A DNA stretch of 64,000 nt from Octopus vulgaris. Its lineage: Eukaryota. The DNA lies in NCBI GenBank assembly GCA_951406725.2, contig OX597817.1:129766001-129830000 (forward strand). The letters are read 5' to 3'. Under the pieces are notes generated by a model. That model was given only the letters and a program-made list of their open reading frames with translations. It was not told where the DNA came from and did not search any database. The position numbers and the translations under genes are program-made. Shown one piece after another: positions 11,889-23,385 of this stretch (position 1 is the first letter of the stretch; each line of letters starts with the position of its first letter).

Positions 11889-12574
11889 GTGTGTGTGTGT
11901 GTGTATGTGTGTGTGCTTCTTTACTTTAATTTAGGGGACATCAAGTTTGTAGAATCACATGCTGGACTTTAAAAGCGAAATTTTCTTCATTTCACTTGCG
12001 TTTCTATTTTAATTCTTTGAAATATAAGTAAAAAAAATAAGGGGCTAATTTCAAACAAAGAAACGAAGCTCCATCACCGAAATGTAGATAACAACAGCAG
12101 CAAAAAATATTTGCACATTATTTTTATAGTTTTACTTACAGATTGAAATTATAAAGTGTACATTTGATGTTCTGGTTCTTCGTCCAAAAATTTCCATTTT
12201 TTAGGGGTTATTACTTCAGCATATATGTACATCTAATTTTAAAATATTTCTCACCAATAGAGAACTAGCTGGTGTTGAACCCAGAAACAAAACTCTTTCA
12301 CTGGATTTCAGTGTATGTATGACTCTTGGACATTTAAGGTTTTTCCCCCACTTTTCAAGCCGGTCAATAACAACGTGGCAAGGCTCTTTTGTTTGAGACA
12401 ATAATTCTTGGGGTTTGTGGTTTTCTGAATTGCTTGATGTATGTAAATATGTGTACGCCTGTAGTTGTGGGGGTGTGCGTCGCGATAGAACACAAGTGCG
12501 TGTGTTTTATTACTGTCTTTATGTGTGCGCGTGTATGTATTTATGTATTTTACGTGTTTTTGTGATTGTGTGCT

Positions 12575-12885
12575 TATGCTCGCCCAGGGACTTCAAATGC
12601 AGAATCCCTAAATTGTGTGGAAAATTTTCTGTTATTCCGATCGATGCCTCTGGAGAATGCGAATCAGTTTGTTCTGTTATTATCTGGAGAACCCAATCAA
12701 TTCTAGCTTTCTATACAGAACTGTTGTTACGTAACTCAGTGCACATATGATAATTGGAGCATATGAACATGCATAGCCTTGATATAAGCGCTGTATGTTC
12801 TCATCAGTTCTCCATATATGTTCTTCTTTTCCTCAGTTTTTGGCATTCTCATCCGCCAGGCAGTTGACCTCTACAACGGTGCACT
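12575..12885 (-). mobile_element. Decayed 3' fragment of an RLE-type (R4-like) non-LTR retrotransposon
   Basis: Minus-strand translation across frameshifts: CTVVEVNCLADEN...EEKKNIYGELMR.IQRLY...LSYVTTVLYRKLELIGFS. Homologous to 28640-29080 and 38650-39785. Confidence 0.7.
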
Positions 12886-13019
12886 GGATGTATGCGTTGA
12901 TTTATGTGACATATATGTACGTGTGTATATGTGCATATAACAGGTTTAAATTCTGGAATCTTTTACGTACTTTTGCGTTCCACTAATGACTTCTCAATAT
13001 ATTTTCTTAACTAGAAGAT

Positions 13020-13346
13020 CAGTATACTAATTTTATCGACCCCGATAGGAAGAAAGGTAAAGTTGATCTAGGCGGAATTTGAACTCAGAACGTAAAGACA
13101 GATGAAATACCTATTTCTTTACTACCTACAAGGGGCTAAACACAGAAGGGACAAACAAGGACAGACAGACGGATTAAGTCGATTATATCGACCCTAGTGC
13201 GTAACTGGTACTTATTTAATCGACCCCGAAAGGTTGAAAGGCAAAGTCGACCTCGGCGGAATTTGAACTCAGAACGCAACGGCCGACGAAATACCGCTAA
13301 GCATATTGTCCGGCGAGCTAACACAATCCTGCCAGCTCACCGCCTT
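13020..13346 (-). mobile_element. Composite SINE family A (old head + young A1 body/tail + old A2 body)
   Basis: Junction GAAATACCTATTTC on the plus strand at 13104-13117. Subtype-diagnostic bases switch at the junction. Confidence 0.85.
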
Positions 13347-13383
13347 AATGATAGCATCTAGCTGCCCAATATTTATCCTGCGT

Positions 13384-13595
13384 AAGGCGGCGAGCTGGCA
13401 GAATCGTTACCGCGCCGGGTAAAATGATTAGCGGCATTTCGTCCGCCTTTACGTTCTGAGTTCAAATTCCGTCGAGGTCAACTCTGCTTCTCAACGTTTT
13501 GGTGTCGATCAAATAAGTACCGGTTGAGTACTTGGGTCGATGTAATCAATTAATCCCTTCCCCGTAATCGCTGACCATGTGCCAAAATTTGAAAT
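13384..13595 (+). mobile_element. SINE family A (older subtype A2) with 17-bp TSD
   Basis: Head GGCGGCGAGCTGGCAGAATCG. Flanks CAATATTTATCCTGCGT (13367-13383) and CAATATATATCCTGCGT (13596-13612). Confidence 0.88.
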
Positions 13596-14186
13596 CAATA
13601 TATATCCTGCGTTTGTCGATAAGTGCCTGGAGAGAAGTAATTCGTTTTGGTTGTTTCTTCTCATTACGATCGATCTCCGCTACTTCCCTCTATTGGCGAA
13701 TGGTAATCGCAGCACAGTAGAACATTCAATGTCCAAAAGTCGGAAATTTTAATCTCTGCTAACAGTTTCTCTAGCTACTTCGTCCATTGCGGATAATATC
13801 AGGTCAATCGGTTTTCTATCGATTCGTGTTGTAAATGTTCTCTCGTTTAATTATTTATTAACATAGATGGTGAAGTTCTGTTTGAATTTTGTTGCTAAAT
13901 GTTCTTTTAGATATCTGTTATTCTTCACTCGTTGTTACTGTTTGTTCATAATGAGTTACTGATCGTTCGGGTAATGGTAGCATGTTCGTTTCAGTTTTAT
14001 TGTTACTGCATCGGTCGTTGCCCGTATTGTTTGCGATCTTCTCAGAAGAATTCACTAGTTTGGTTCGATTATTATTTACTGCGTGATTTTTGGTAATCTG
14101 TGAGGCGTGTGGGTGTGTGTGCGGGATGATGGTGATAATGGTGGAAAACAGCATATTTTCTTAACGAAGGCTGCTTGTTGTATGTA

Positions 14187-14228
<42 letters not shown>

Positions 14229-14469
14229 TTGTTTGTATGCATTTGCACCATTCACACGTGTTCACGCACATACACATTTATATAGAAATTTGGTGGAACA
14301 AACAGAGTAATTAGAAATCAATACATAAGAGTATATATCAATAACCAAATAATATGTGCGTATGTGTGTGGTGTGTGTGTGTGTGTGTGTGTTGTGTGTG
14401 TGTGCGTGCGTTGTACAATGCACGTGATTGGATGTATGTGCTGATTTATGTGACATATCTGTACGTGTG

Positions 14470-14910
14470 TATATGTGCATACAACAGGTTAAAATTCTGG
14501 AATCTTTTACGTACTTTTGCGTTCCACTAATGACTTCTCAATATATTTTCTTAACAAGAAGTTCGGTATACACAACTGAGACAGTAGTGAATTAATATAG
14601 TCATCTATGTATCATACTTAATGTATATACACTGTCGATAGGCCAGTTATTGCAATACTTGTTCTGAGATAACATCTCTTGTGGACGAATAGAAAAATTC
14701 GTTCCGCCTGTAGCTGGCTATTAGTACGCTCCATTGAAACGGCTCCAAAAGGCTAAAATGCATCAATAATTCTCGCTGGCGATTGTTGGGACTAATTCTT
14801 GGCTTCCCTCCGATATTTCTGGTCTTTTTTAACACAACACGTCCATAACAGATGTTATCGCAGTAACTGGCCCGTAAACGGTGTATATTCTTTAAGTATG
14901 ATGCATACAT
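14470..14910 (-). mobile_element. Highly decayed Penelope-like element C-terminal fragment
   Basis: The peptide DNICYGRVVLK is homologous to DNIFYGRAVFK at 54058-54246. Both resemble the thumb-to-GIY-YIG linker seen at 35270-35470. Confidence 0.35.
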
Positions 14911-14939
14911 GGTTATTTTAGTTAGAAGTATTGTTTCTG

Positions 14940-15140
14940 TTCGCTTTTTTTAAAATCTAAGCCTTCCAAGATTGATGCCGAAGCAGTTAGATATATAGTA
15001 CTGGATTCCAATATTCATAAATATAAATCGATAAATCTAGATAGTCCGGGCATAGTATCTGAAGATTTCTCATTATATCGACAAGTATGTTTACTTCTTT
15101 TCTTACCTTGAATATTAACAACTGCTGGGCAACTAACTTT
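14940..15140 (-). mobile_element. Decayed RLE-type LINE 3' fragment
   Basis: Translation SCPAVVNI...MRNLQILCPDY...NLGRL matches the RLE C-terminus at 28830-29030. Confidence 0.6.
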
Positions 15141-15719
15141 CACGAAACAGAGAGAGAGGCGGGGAGAGAGAAAAGGGAGAAGAAAAGGTGAGAGGGATGA
15201 TAAAAGAAGAAAGAGAGAAGGGGAGAAAAAGTGAAAGGAATGAAAGAGGAGAGAGAGAGAGAGAGAGACAAAGAGAGTGAAAGATTGCTTTGGTCTTTTG
15301 GTATTGTTTGTTCAGCCATAAGCTCTTTAATTTTGAAGGTCTTGCTGACCTTTATTATCACAGCAAACGTGGTCATCTATTTGAAATAGGAAGCCATGGT
15401 CTTTTTCTAAGAATCCAAGAGCATTCATTCTTTGTTCCAGGTGTGTTGATAAATATTACTGCAATAAATCAGAAACTATATCTTGAATACTACATTCGTA
15501 ACCTCCACAACATTATCCCCAAGATGTCTATTTTCTTTAGGAATTTGATTTTACTACATTGACGTCAAAAAGATCAACTAACTTCTCCAATAAGCCATTT
15601 GCATTTGCTGCGGTTCCACGCATTAATTTTAGATCGGTTGGTTATGCTTTAATTTGGTTGTTCTTTTTTCTTGGTTCTACCAACATTCTTTTAATCTGTT
15701 GATTTAAGTGTGTTCATCG

Positions 15720-16296
15720 TTATTGATTGTATGTTATTCGAATTTCTCTGACTGTTGCACCATGAGACGATGAGAACCAACGTAGTTGATCTTCTTTAAC
15801 AACCAACATGGGCAGGGGTTCAATTCTAGGTATGAAGGATTGGAGAATGGGGGTTAGTATAAAGTTAGTATTGATCAGAAGAAGAAACAATGATTCTACA
15901 TTTAAAATTGTTCTTTTAGCTATAAGTATTTTTCTAAATGATATTCTTATATAACTCTTTAAAAACTCGTTTTGTTCTACTGGTTGGTTTACTACTGGTT
16001 TGGTCACCAATCCTACTCTAACAATTCTTTGCCTATCTGTGAATGTCTCTTTCCCTCTTTCTCTTGAATGATCCATCTTGAGTTGATTAGTGTCTCCATA
16101 GAATACACAGAATTTCTTGATTACGAAAATTCTCTTCATGGCCTACAGATGTATAATCAGAGCAGTCTAATTTATGCAAGTCTTGTTCCTCATTGCACTT
16201 GAAATAGCAGCCAAGTCTGTCTCTAATACACACTTTACCATATTTTAAAAAGATCACATTTGACTTTAGGTTTCTACATACAGGAAAACAAAACAA
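15720..16296 (-). mobile_element. Possible decayed LTR-retrotransposon (Gypsy) integrase relic
   Basis: Weak resemblance only (LKYG.V....L..LH....GH spacing, then K.PV..P and LN....LL.INT). No intact DDE motif visible. Confidence 0.25.
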
Positions 16297-16480
16297 AACA
16301 TGGCTGGAATATTTTTGACCGTTGATCTTTCAGTTCGTTCAAAGCTGATTTAGGATTAAACAACATCGTACTCTAGATCTATGAGCCACTCACCCCATCT
16401 TTCTCCTCCATCATTTACTGAACTACTCAAGTGACAGCATTACTCTCCCTCTCTCTTTCTCTGCCTCTCTCGCTTTTTCT

Positions 16481-16520
16481 CTCTCTGATGAAGGACAAAT
16501 GTTCCGAAACGTCGTCAAAT
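16481..16520 (+). ncRNA. Hammerhead ribozyme-like core of Penelope pseudo-LTR type (stem I degraded)
   Basis: CTGATGA-AGGAC-AAAT-GTTCC-GAAA-CGTCGTC. Confidence 0.45.
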
Positions 16521-16821
16521 CTCATGGCAATTACGAAAATAATATATTCAAGGAACAAGTTGTTGCCAACGTTGAACATAAGAAGTTCCATAGGATTCCA
16601 AATTTTACGCTTTGATAATAATGGTGTATTATTGACGGCACTCTGTAACAGGGCAAAGAGGAAAAGGGATGCTGTGACCTTAATACATATCTCAAGAGAA
16701 ATAATAATATAGTTACAAGTAAAATAAATTAGCTTCTACTGCAGATTGAAGCTTTGTTCATTTCATTTCATCTCAATCCATTCACAAATTTTGACATCAC
16801 AAACATTTTTTGTGTTTTCTT

Positions 16822-16872
<51 letters not shown>

Positions 16873-17011
16873 AGCCTCCCTTTCTTGTTCTTTTAACACA
16901 TGTATAACTCCGTTAAACACGCAATGTAACTCTAACTAGAACTTCGTTAAATACACAAATGCAACTGAAGCGATGAATGAACGTTGCCATTCTATACTGA
17001 ATAGGATTAAA

Positions 17012-17049
17012 CTAATAATGATGATGACGACGATGATGATGATGATGAT

Positions 17050-17092
<43 letters not shown>

Positions 17093-17360
17093 TAATAATA
17101 ATAATAACAATAATAATAATGCTTCCGTTATTAACCACCAAGGGTTCACAAAAACATTTGGGAACAATAATAATAATAATAATAATAATAACAATAGTGG
17201 AAGATGAAAAAGAGATAGACGGAAAAGAAAATTAAGAAGAAAAGAAAGAAGAATGAAGAAAAAGTAGAAGAAGAAGAAGAAGAAGAAGAAGAAGAAGAAG
17301 AAGAAGAAGAAGAAGAAGAAGAAGAAGAAGAAGAAGAAGAAGAAGAAGAAGAAGAAGAAG
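17012..17360. repeat. Compound microsatellites (ATG)n, (AAT)n, (GAA)n
   Basis: Directly visible. Confidence 0.95.
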
Positions 17361-17639
17361 AGCTTTAAGAAAAAACAAAAAAAAAAAGAAAGTAAAAAGA
17401 AAAATGAAGTTCAAGAATGAAGAAGACTGACTTTGCATTGTTGGTATTTTTGTCCCAGTGGAATTTAAATAAGTGGCATTTGAGTTTTATTCAAGAAGGA
17501 AACAAGTGGAAAATTGAAACAAAACGTGTATTTATTTGTCTTTCTTTTTATCTTCGGCATTTTGATTGTAGCTGAAAACTAAATTAAACGAAAACATGAT
17601 GACGACGACAACGATGATAATGATGATGCTGATGTTGAT

Positions 17640-18290
17640 GACGATGATGAGAGTGACAATGGTGATGATGGTTGTGGTTGTAGTGGTGGTGGTGCTCTAG
17701 CTATGGTGACGATGATGGTGATAGTCGTGACGAAGACGGTATAAGGAATGATGATTGTGATGATGACGATGATGATAGTGACAATGGGGATGATGGTTGT
17801 GGTTGTAGTGGTGGTGGTGGTGGTGGTGATGATGATGGTGATAGTCGTGACGAAGACGGTATAAGGAATGATGATTGTGATGATGACGATGATGATAGTG
17901 ACAATGGGGATGATGGTTGTGGTTGTAGTGGTGGTGGTGGTGGTGGTGCTCTAGCTATGGTGATGATGATGGTGATAGTCGTGACGAAGACGGTATAAGG
18001 AATGATGATTGTGATGATGACGATGATGATAGTGACAATGGTGATGATGGTTGTGGTTGTAGTGGTGGTGGTGGTGGTGCTCTAGCTATGGTGATGATGA
18101 TGGTGATAGTCGTGACGAAGACGGTGTAAGGAATGATGATTGTGATGATGACGATGATGATAGTGACAATGGTGATGATGGTTGTGGTTGTAGTGGTGGT
18201 GGTGGTGGTGGTGGTGGTGCTCTAGCTATGGTGATGATGATGGTGATAGTCGTGACGAAGACGGTGTAAGGAATGATGATTGTGATGATG
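17640..18290. repeat. Minisatellite, about 125-140-bp unit, about 5 copies
   Basis: Unit CTCTAGCTATGGTGATGATGATGGTGATAGTCGTGACGAAGACGGTRTAAGGAATG...GTAGT(GGT)n restarts at about 17695, 17826, 17949, 18080 and 18220. Confidence 0.9.
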
Positions 18291-18385
18291 ATGTTGGCAA
18301 ATATGATGACAACACCAAACCATAATAACGAAAAAATTATTTTTGTTGCTGTTGCTGCCGTTGTCGTTGCTGCTGTGGTGTGTGT

Positions 18386-18449
<64 letters not shown>

Positions 18450-18594
18450 ATGCGTGTACGTGTTTCTGTTTCCCTTGAGATTTAAATGAAGAAAGCCGTA
18501 ATTTTTCACTTCATTGGAAATAATCTGTTTCAGAGAGAAAACCATGCTTCTTTGATGGAAACTGGAACAAGAATGGTACCACTGGTGGGGGTTG

Positions 18595-19360
18595 GCAGAG
18601 AGGGAGGGGGAGAAAAGTAGAGGGAGAAAGGTAGGGGGAGAAAGGTAGGGGACAGAAGGAGAAGGAGAGAAAGCTAGAAAAGAAAAAGGGAGAGAGGGGA
18701 GAGGGAGAGAAGAAGAGAGAGAGTGAGAGAGAAAGAGGGAGAGAGAGAAATGGAAGGAGAGAAAGTGGGAGAGACGGAGAGAGAGGGGAGAGAGACAGAG
18801 AAAAAGGAGAGGGTGAAAGAGAGAGGGGCAAAGAGAGAGAGTGAAAAGCGAGAGTGTAGAGTGAGAGGGGGTAAGAAAGAAAAAGAGGGAGGGGAGGGAG
18901 AGGAATAAAGAGAGAGAAAGGGAGTGAGAAAGGGAAGGAGAAAGGGAGAGGGAGAGAAAGAGGGAGACATGGAGAGTGAGAGAGGGGGAGAACATGAGAT
19001 GTGAGGGGCAAAGAAAGAAGAGTGGGAGGAGAGTGAAAGAAAGAAAAAAGAAAGAAAGGAAGACAGAGGGAAGGAGAGAAAGGGAGAGAAAAAGAGAGAA
19101 GGTGAAAGAAAGAGTGAGAGGGAGAGAGAAGAGGGACAAAGTGAGAGGAAGACAAATAGACAGTCAGTGATATAAGAGAAAGCTGAGGGAGAGGAAAAAA
19201 TTTGAGAGAAGGAAAAGGGAAAGAGAGGGAGAGAAAGAATGGAGATAGAGAGAGAGTCAGGCAAACAAAAAGGAAGAGAAGGGAGAGTGAAGGAGAAAGG
19301 AGGAAAGAGAGAGGGAGAGAGAGAGAAAAGGAGAGAGAGAAAAGGAGAGAGAGAATGCGA
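18595..19360. repeat. Long degenerate GA-rich polypurine tract
   Basis: About 760 bp almost entirely G/A. It explains the Ser/Leu/Phe/Pro ORFs on the minus strand. Confidence 0.9.
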
Positions 19361-19478
19361 CTAGTAATAGCGTAGATTATAATATTTTTTTCATTCTTTT
19401 CTTTCTTTACTTGTACTTCCCTGCTCTTTTTTTACTCATCTCCTTTGTAGTTTCTTTTATCATCTCTCGCTATTACTC

Positions 19479-19541
<63 letters not shown>

Positions 19542-20549
19542 ATCTATCTTATCTCGCATTCTTTTTATTACGCTCTTTCTCCCTATCTAACACTTTTTAT
19601 GCTTGATTTTTTAGAACTCTTTTACGTAACCAAACTCTTGCCACTAGCGCTCTTTATACTCTCCCTTTATAGCACTTTTTTATATCTCTGTTTCTCTCTC
19701 TAACACAATTTTTACTTTCTCTACCACCCTTCACTCTCTCTTAGTTTCTTATTTTTGCATTTTCCTCGTGTGTTCACATTCATACGACATTTTATATTAG
19801 TGAGAGGAGGTTGATGATTGGCCATGAACTTAGCAGGTCCCTGAGACCTAACTGCCGATATTGTGGCGGTCAGTGACCAGTTTACAGGTCAATGTCCGTT
19901 GGAAATATATGTGTAGGACTGGTGGTGGTAGTGGTGGGGAGGGGCAGTTGTGTCATCCGAAGGTTCTACTTTGAACGTTTGTTACTGAAGAACATTATAT
20001 ACATCCAAAGACCAGATGGTACTAATTCTATTATTCGCTCCTCCTCCTCCTCCTCCTCCTCCTCCTCCTCTTCTTCTTCTTCTTCTTCTTCTTCTTCTTC
20101 TTCTTCTTCTTCTTCTTCTTCACGCTCTCATCTTTCTGTAATCTGTTATTCTGTCTATTTTTGCCAGTATTCTCTCTCTCTTTCTCTCCCCCATATATAT
20201 ATGTATATTCATATACATATATATATATTCATATATATTTATATACATATAATGATAAATCTCAGAGCATCCACCCTTAGGGGTTAGCCATATTCAAATG
20301 CCAAATATACGTCACGATATATACATATACATATATATATATATGTATATATATATATAATATACAAACATATATATATATATATGCATGTATGTGTATA
20401 CATACATACGCGCGCGCATAGACACAGACACACACACACACACATGCACACATTCACATGCGTGTGCGTGTGTGTATTGATATCAATCATGACACGAGGT
20501 CATGCTTAATTTTGTATCAGTTATCGACCTAAGATATATATATATGTTA

Positions 20550-20585
<36 letters not shown>

Positions 20586-20984
20586 TGTATGTATGTATGT
20601 ATGTATGTATGTATGTATGTATGTGAGTGCGTGTGTGTCTCCCCTGCAATCTTCTACTAGTTATTAGTCTTTCTTCCTCTCCTTACTACATCTCTCTCCC
20701 CCCTCTCTCTCACTCTGTTCCTGTCTCTCTCCAGTTTTCTGTTCACCCTCACACTGTCTCTCTACACTCTCCTGCTACCACACGATCTTTTAATCTACGT
20801 CGTTCTTTTCTTCCGCCTCTCTCTAACTCTCCTTCTCATTCTATCTTCTCCGTTAAAATTTCTTTTTTCATTCACTCTCTTTTCATCATTCATTTCTATC
20901 AATCTGGTGTATTCCCTTCCTTCGAACTTCCAAACTTTCTCTCCTCGCCCCAACATATAAATTTTCATCTTTTATTTTCGCTTC

Positions 20985-21204
20985 TGTTAGTGGCCATGCT
21001 GGGGCACCTGTCTGAATGATTTTTACTCGAAACAAATCGAACCCAGTAATCATTTTAAAATCTGGTACTTATTCTATCATCTATTTTGCCAAACTGCTAT
21101 GTTACTCGAACGTAAACAAACCAACACCGGTCGTCAAGTAGAGCAGTTTACACAAAGCCACACATGCGCACCAGCACACACGCATACACGCACAAACACA
21201 CACA

Positions 21205-21260
<56 letters not shown>

Positions 21261-21335
21261 ATGGGCTTCATCACACTTTCTGTCTTTTCCTCTTAGCCCT
21301 TGGTCAATTGTAGAAGATATTTGTCCAAGGCATCG
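20985..21335 (-). mobile_element. SINE family B, diverged copy
   Basis: GGCCATGCTGGGGCACC...GTACTTATTCTATC...(CA)n...TTTGTCCAAGG match the family B reverse complement. Confidence 0.75.
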
Positions 21336-21477
21336 CATATTTATATATGTGTGTGTTTGTGTGTGTGTTTGTGTGTGTGTGTCTGTGTGCATGTATGTAT
21401 GTATGTAAAACAAAAGTTGGGATGCGTGGCGTTCAGTTACACAATAGATGAAAAATGCATTAAATACTAAAAAAAAA

Positions 21478-21670
21478 ATGCGTAGCCGTATTTCGTCTGC
21501 CGCTACGTTCTGAGTTCAAATTCCGCCGAGGTCGACTTTGCCTTTCATCCTTTCGGGGTCGATAAATTAAGTACCAGTTACGCACTAGGATCGATATAAT
21601 CGACTTAATTCGTTTGTCTGTCCTTGTTTGTCCCCCCTATGTTTAGCCCCTTGTGGGTAATAAAGAAACA
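21478..21670 (+). mobile_element. SINE family A1, 5'-truncated
   Basis: ATGCGTAGCCGTATTTCGTCTGCCG...Meta domain...GTGGGTAATAAAGAAA. Confidence 0.88.
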
Positions 21671-21803
21671 GATATGCGAAGTTCTCGGTCTTATCGTTAA
21701 AGGCATGACACTGAGTATTAGTATTTCGGTTAGTTACTGATGAAGAATTAAGGTCCTTCTGTGTCTGTCCTATGAGTACGTTTTTTAGTATTTAATGCAT
21801 TTA

Positions 21804-22018
21804 AGGCGGTGAGCTGGCAGAAACGTTGGCACGCCGGGTGAAATGCTTAGCGGTATTTCGTTTGTCTTTACGTTCTGAGTTCAAATTCCGACGAGGTCGA
21901 CTTTGCATTTCATCCTTTCGGGGTCAATGAAATTAAGTACCAGTTGCGTACTGGAGTCGATCTAATCGACTAGCCTCTTCCCCCAAAATTTCAGGCCTTG
22001 TACCTAGAGTAGAAAAGT
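21804..22018 (+). mobile_element. SINE family A2, full length with 16-bp TSD
   Basis: TSD GTATTTAATGCATTTA at 21788-21803 and 22019-22034. Confidence 0.92.
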
Positions 22019-22789
22019 GTATTTAATGCATTTATTGAGTAACTGAACGACACACATCCCGACTTTTGTTAAAAGTAAGTTTTATATATATATTTTTTTG
22101 CGATTCTATCTTCTTTCTTTCCCGTCCTCATATTCCTTTTCTAGCATCCCAACTTCCTCTCTTCCTCTCTCTTGTCTTCTCATTCGTAATCATTGACCTT
22201 CCCCTTCCTTCCTTCCTTGTTCTCTCTGCTTCTCTCTCTCTCTCTCTCCATCTCTCTCATCCTCCTTCTCTTCTATCTTCTGCCCTCACGTGACCCGTGA
22301 CTAATTTTCTCATTTCTCTGCCTTCCACCACGGAACGCTTAGCTTGCCTGTCAACATTTATCTCCTCTCTTGCTATTTCTCTTTCTATAGCCATTCAGGA
22401 TATCTTCCAGGTGTTACCCTTCATTCTTGTGTTTGACCGAAAGGTCGTATTTATTCCGTCTGCGTCAATTGTTTATAATTACATTTGTTTGCTTTCTTCC
22501 ACTCCGTATTGTTTTCTCTGTATCGTTTATCAGTCTTATCATTAAAGGCATGAAATTAGTATTTCGGTCGATAACTGATGAAGAATTTGGGCCCTTCTAT
22601 ATTCTGTCCTGTGTACCTTTTTTAGTACTTGATGCATTTTTCCTTTATGTATGTGTGTGTGTGTGTGAAAAATATAAGAAGGAAAATGCGCACAGGGTAT
22701 ATATTTTGCATATTTTAGCAAAAGCGAAACCGGTTAACTATGATATTTATCTCATAAAAAAATATATACATTCTGAATTTTTAGTCAAA

Positions 22790-23385
22790 TGAATCGGCCC
22801 TAGTACTTAATATCTTTTTATGCCTGGCACTCATTCTATCGGTTTCTTTTGCCGAACAGCTAGATTACGGGGTCATAAACACACTAGCACAGGTTGTTAC
22901 GCGGTGGGAGGGACAGACAGACGGACAGACACACACACACACATACACGCACAAACACACACATATATAGCGAATGAAAGACGGAAGATGGAATATACGA
23001 GAATTTATTATTAATCACGACAATTGTTTCGACACATCTAGCATCGATTGCTCGTGGGTGGAACACTCAACAACTGGTTCAGGGGCATCCAGTGGTGCAG
23101 ATGTATCTCGTCGGGTGATAAAGAAATACAGCTTGTTAAAATGACTGCTCCGCAATGTAACTTTCCGTTTTGTTGAAGGAAAAGCAGCTAGACGGAGGAA
23201 ATATCTTCATTTATATAGAAGATCAAAAATAAAATCACAGATGGCAAAATGAGAAACGAACACGCGAGCTGCATGGCGCGAGTACACTCGCTCATACAGG
23301 CATCCACAAAAATGTGAGCATACGCACACGTGGGACTGAACCGGTAACTATGTGTTTGGGAAGCAAGCTTCTTACCACACAGACC
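22790..23385 (-). mobile_element. SINE family B interrupted by a hammerhead-bearing repeat
   Basis: 3' half at 22790-22965 and tRNA head at about 23328-23385 (GGGAAGCAAGCTTCTTACCACACAG), separated by unrelated sequence. Confidence 0.6.
23014..23119 (-). ncRNA. Type-I hammerhead ribozyme with extended stem II (U4C core variant), within a PLE pseudo-LTR-like repeat (about 22970-23160)
   Basis: AUCAC-CCGACGA-GAUACAUCU[59 nt]AGAUGUGUC-GAAA-CAAUUG-UC-GUGAU, followed by AAUAAA. Homolog at 36870-36974. Confidence 0.7.

Noticed and set aside
18222-19264. 305/214/196-aa Ser-Leu-Phe ORFs
   Set aside because: Antisense reading of a polypurine tract.
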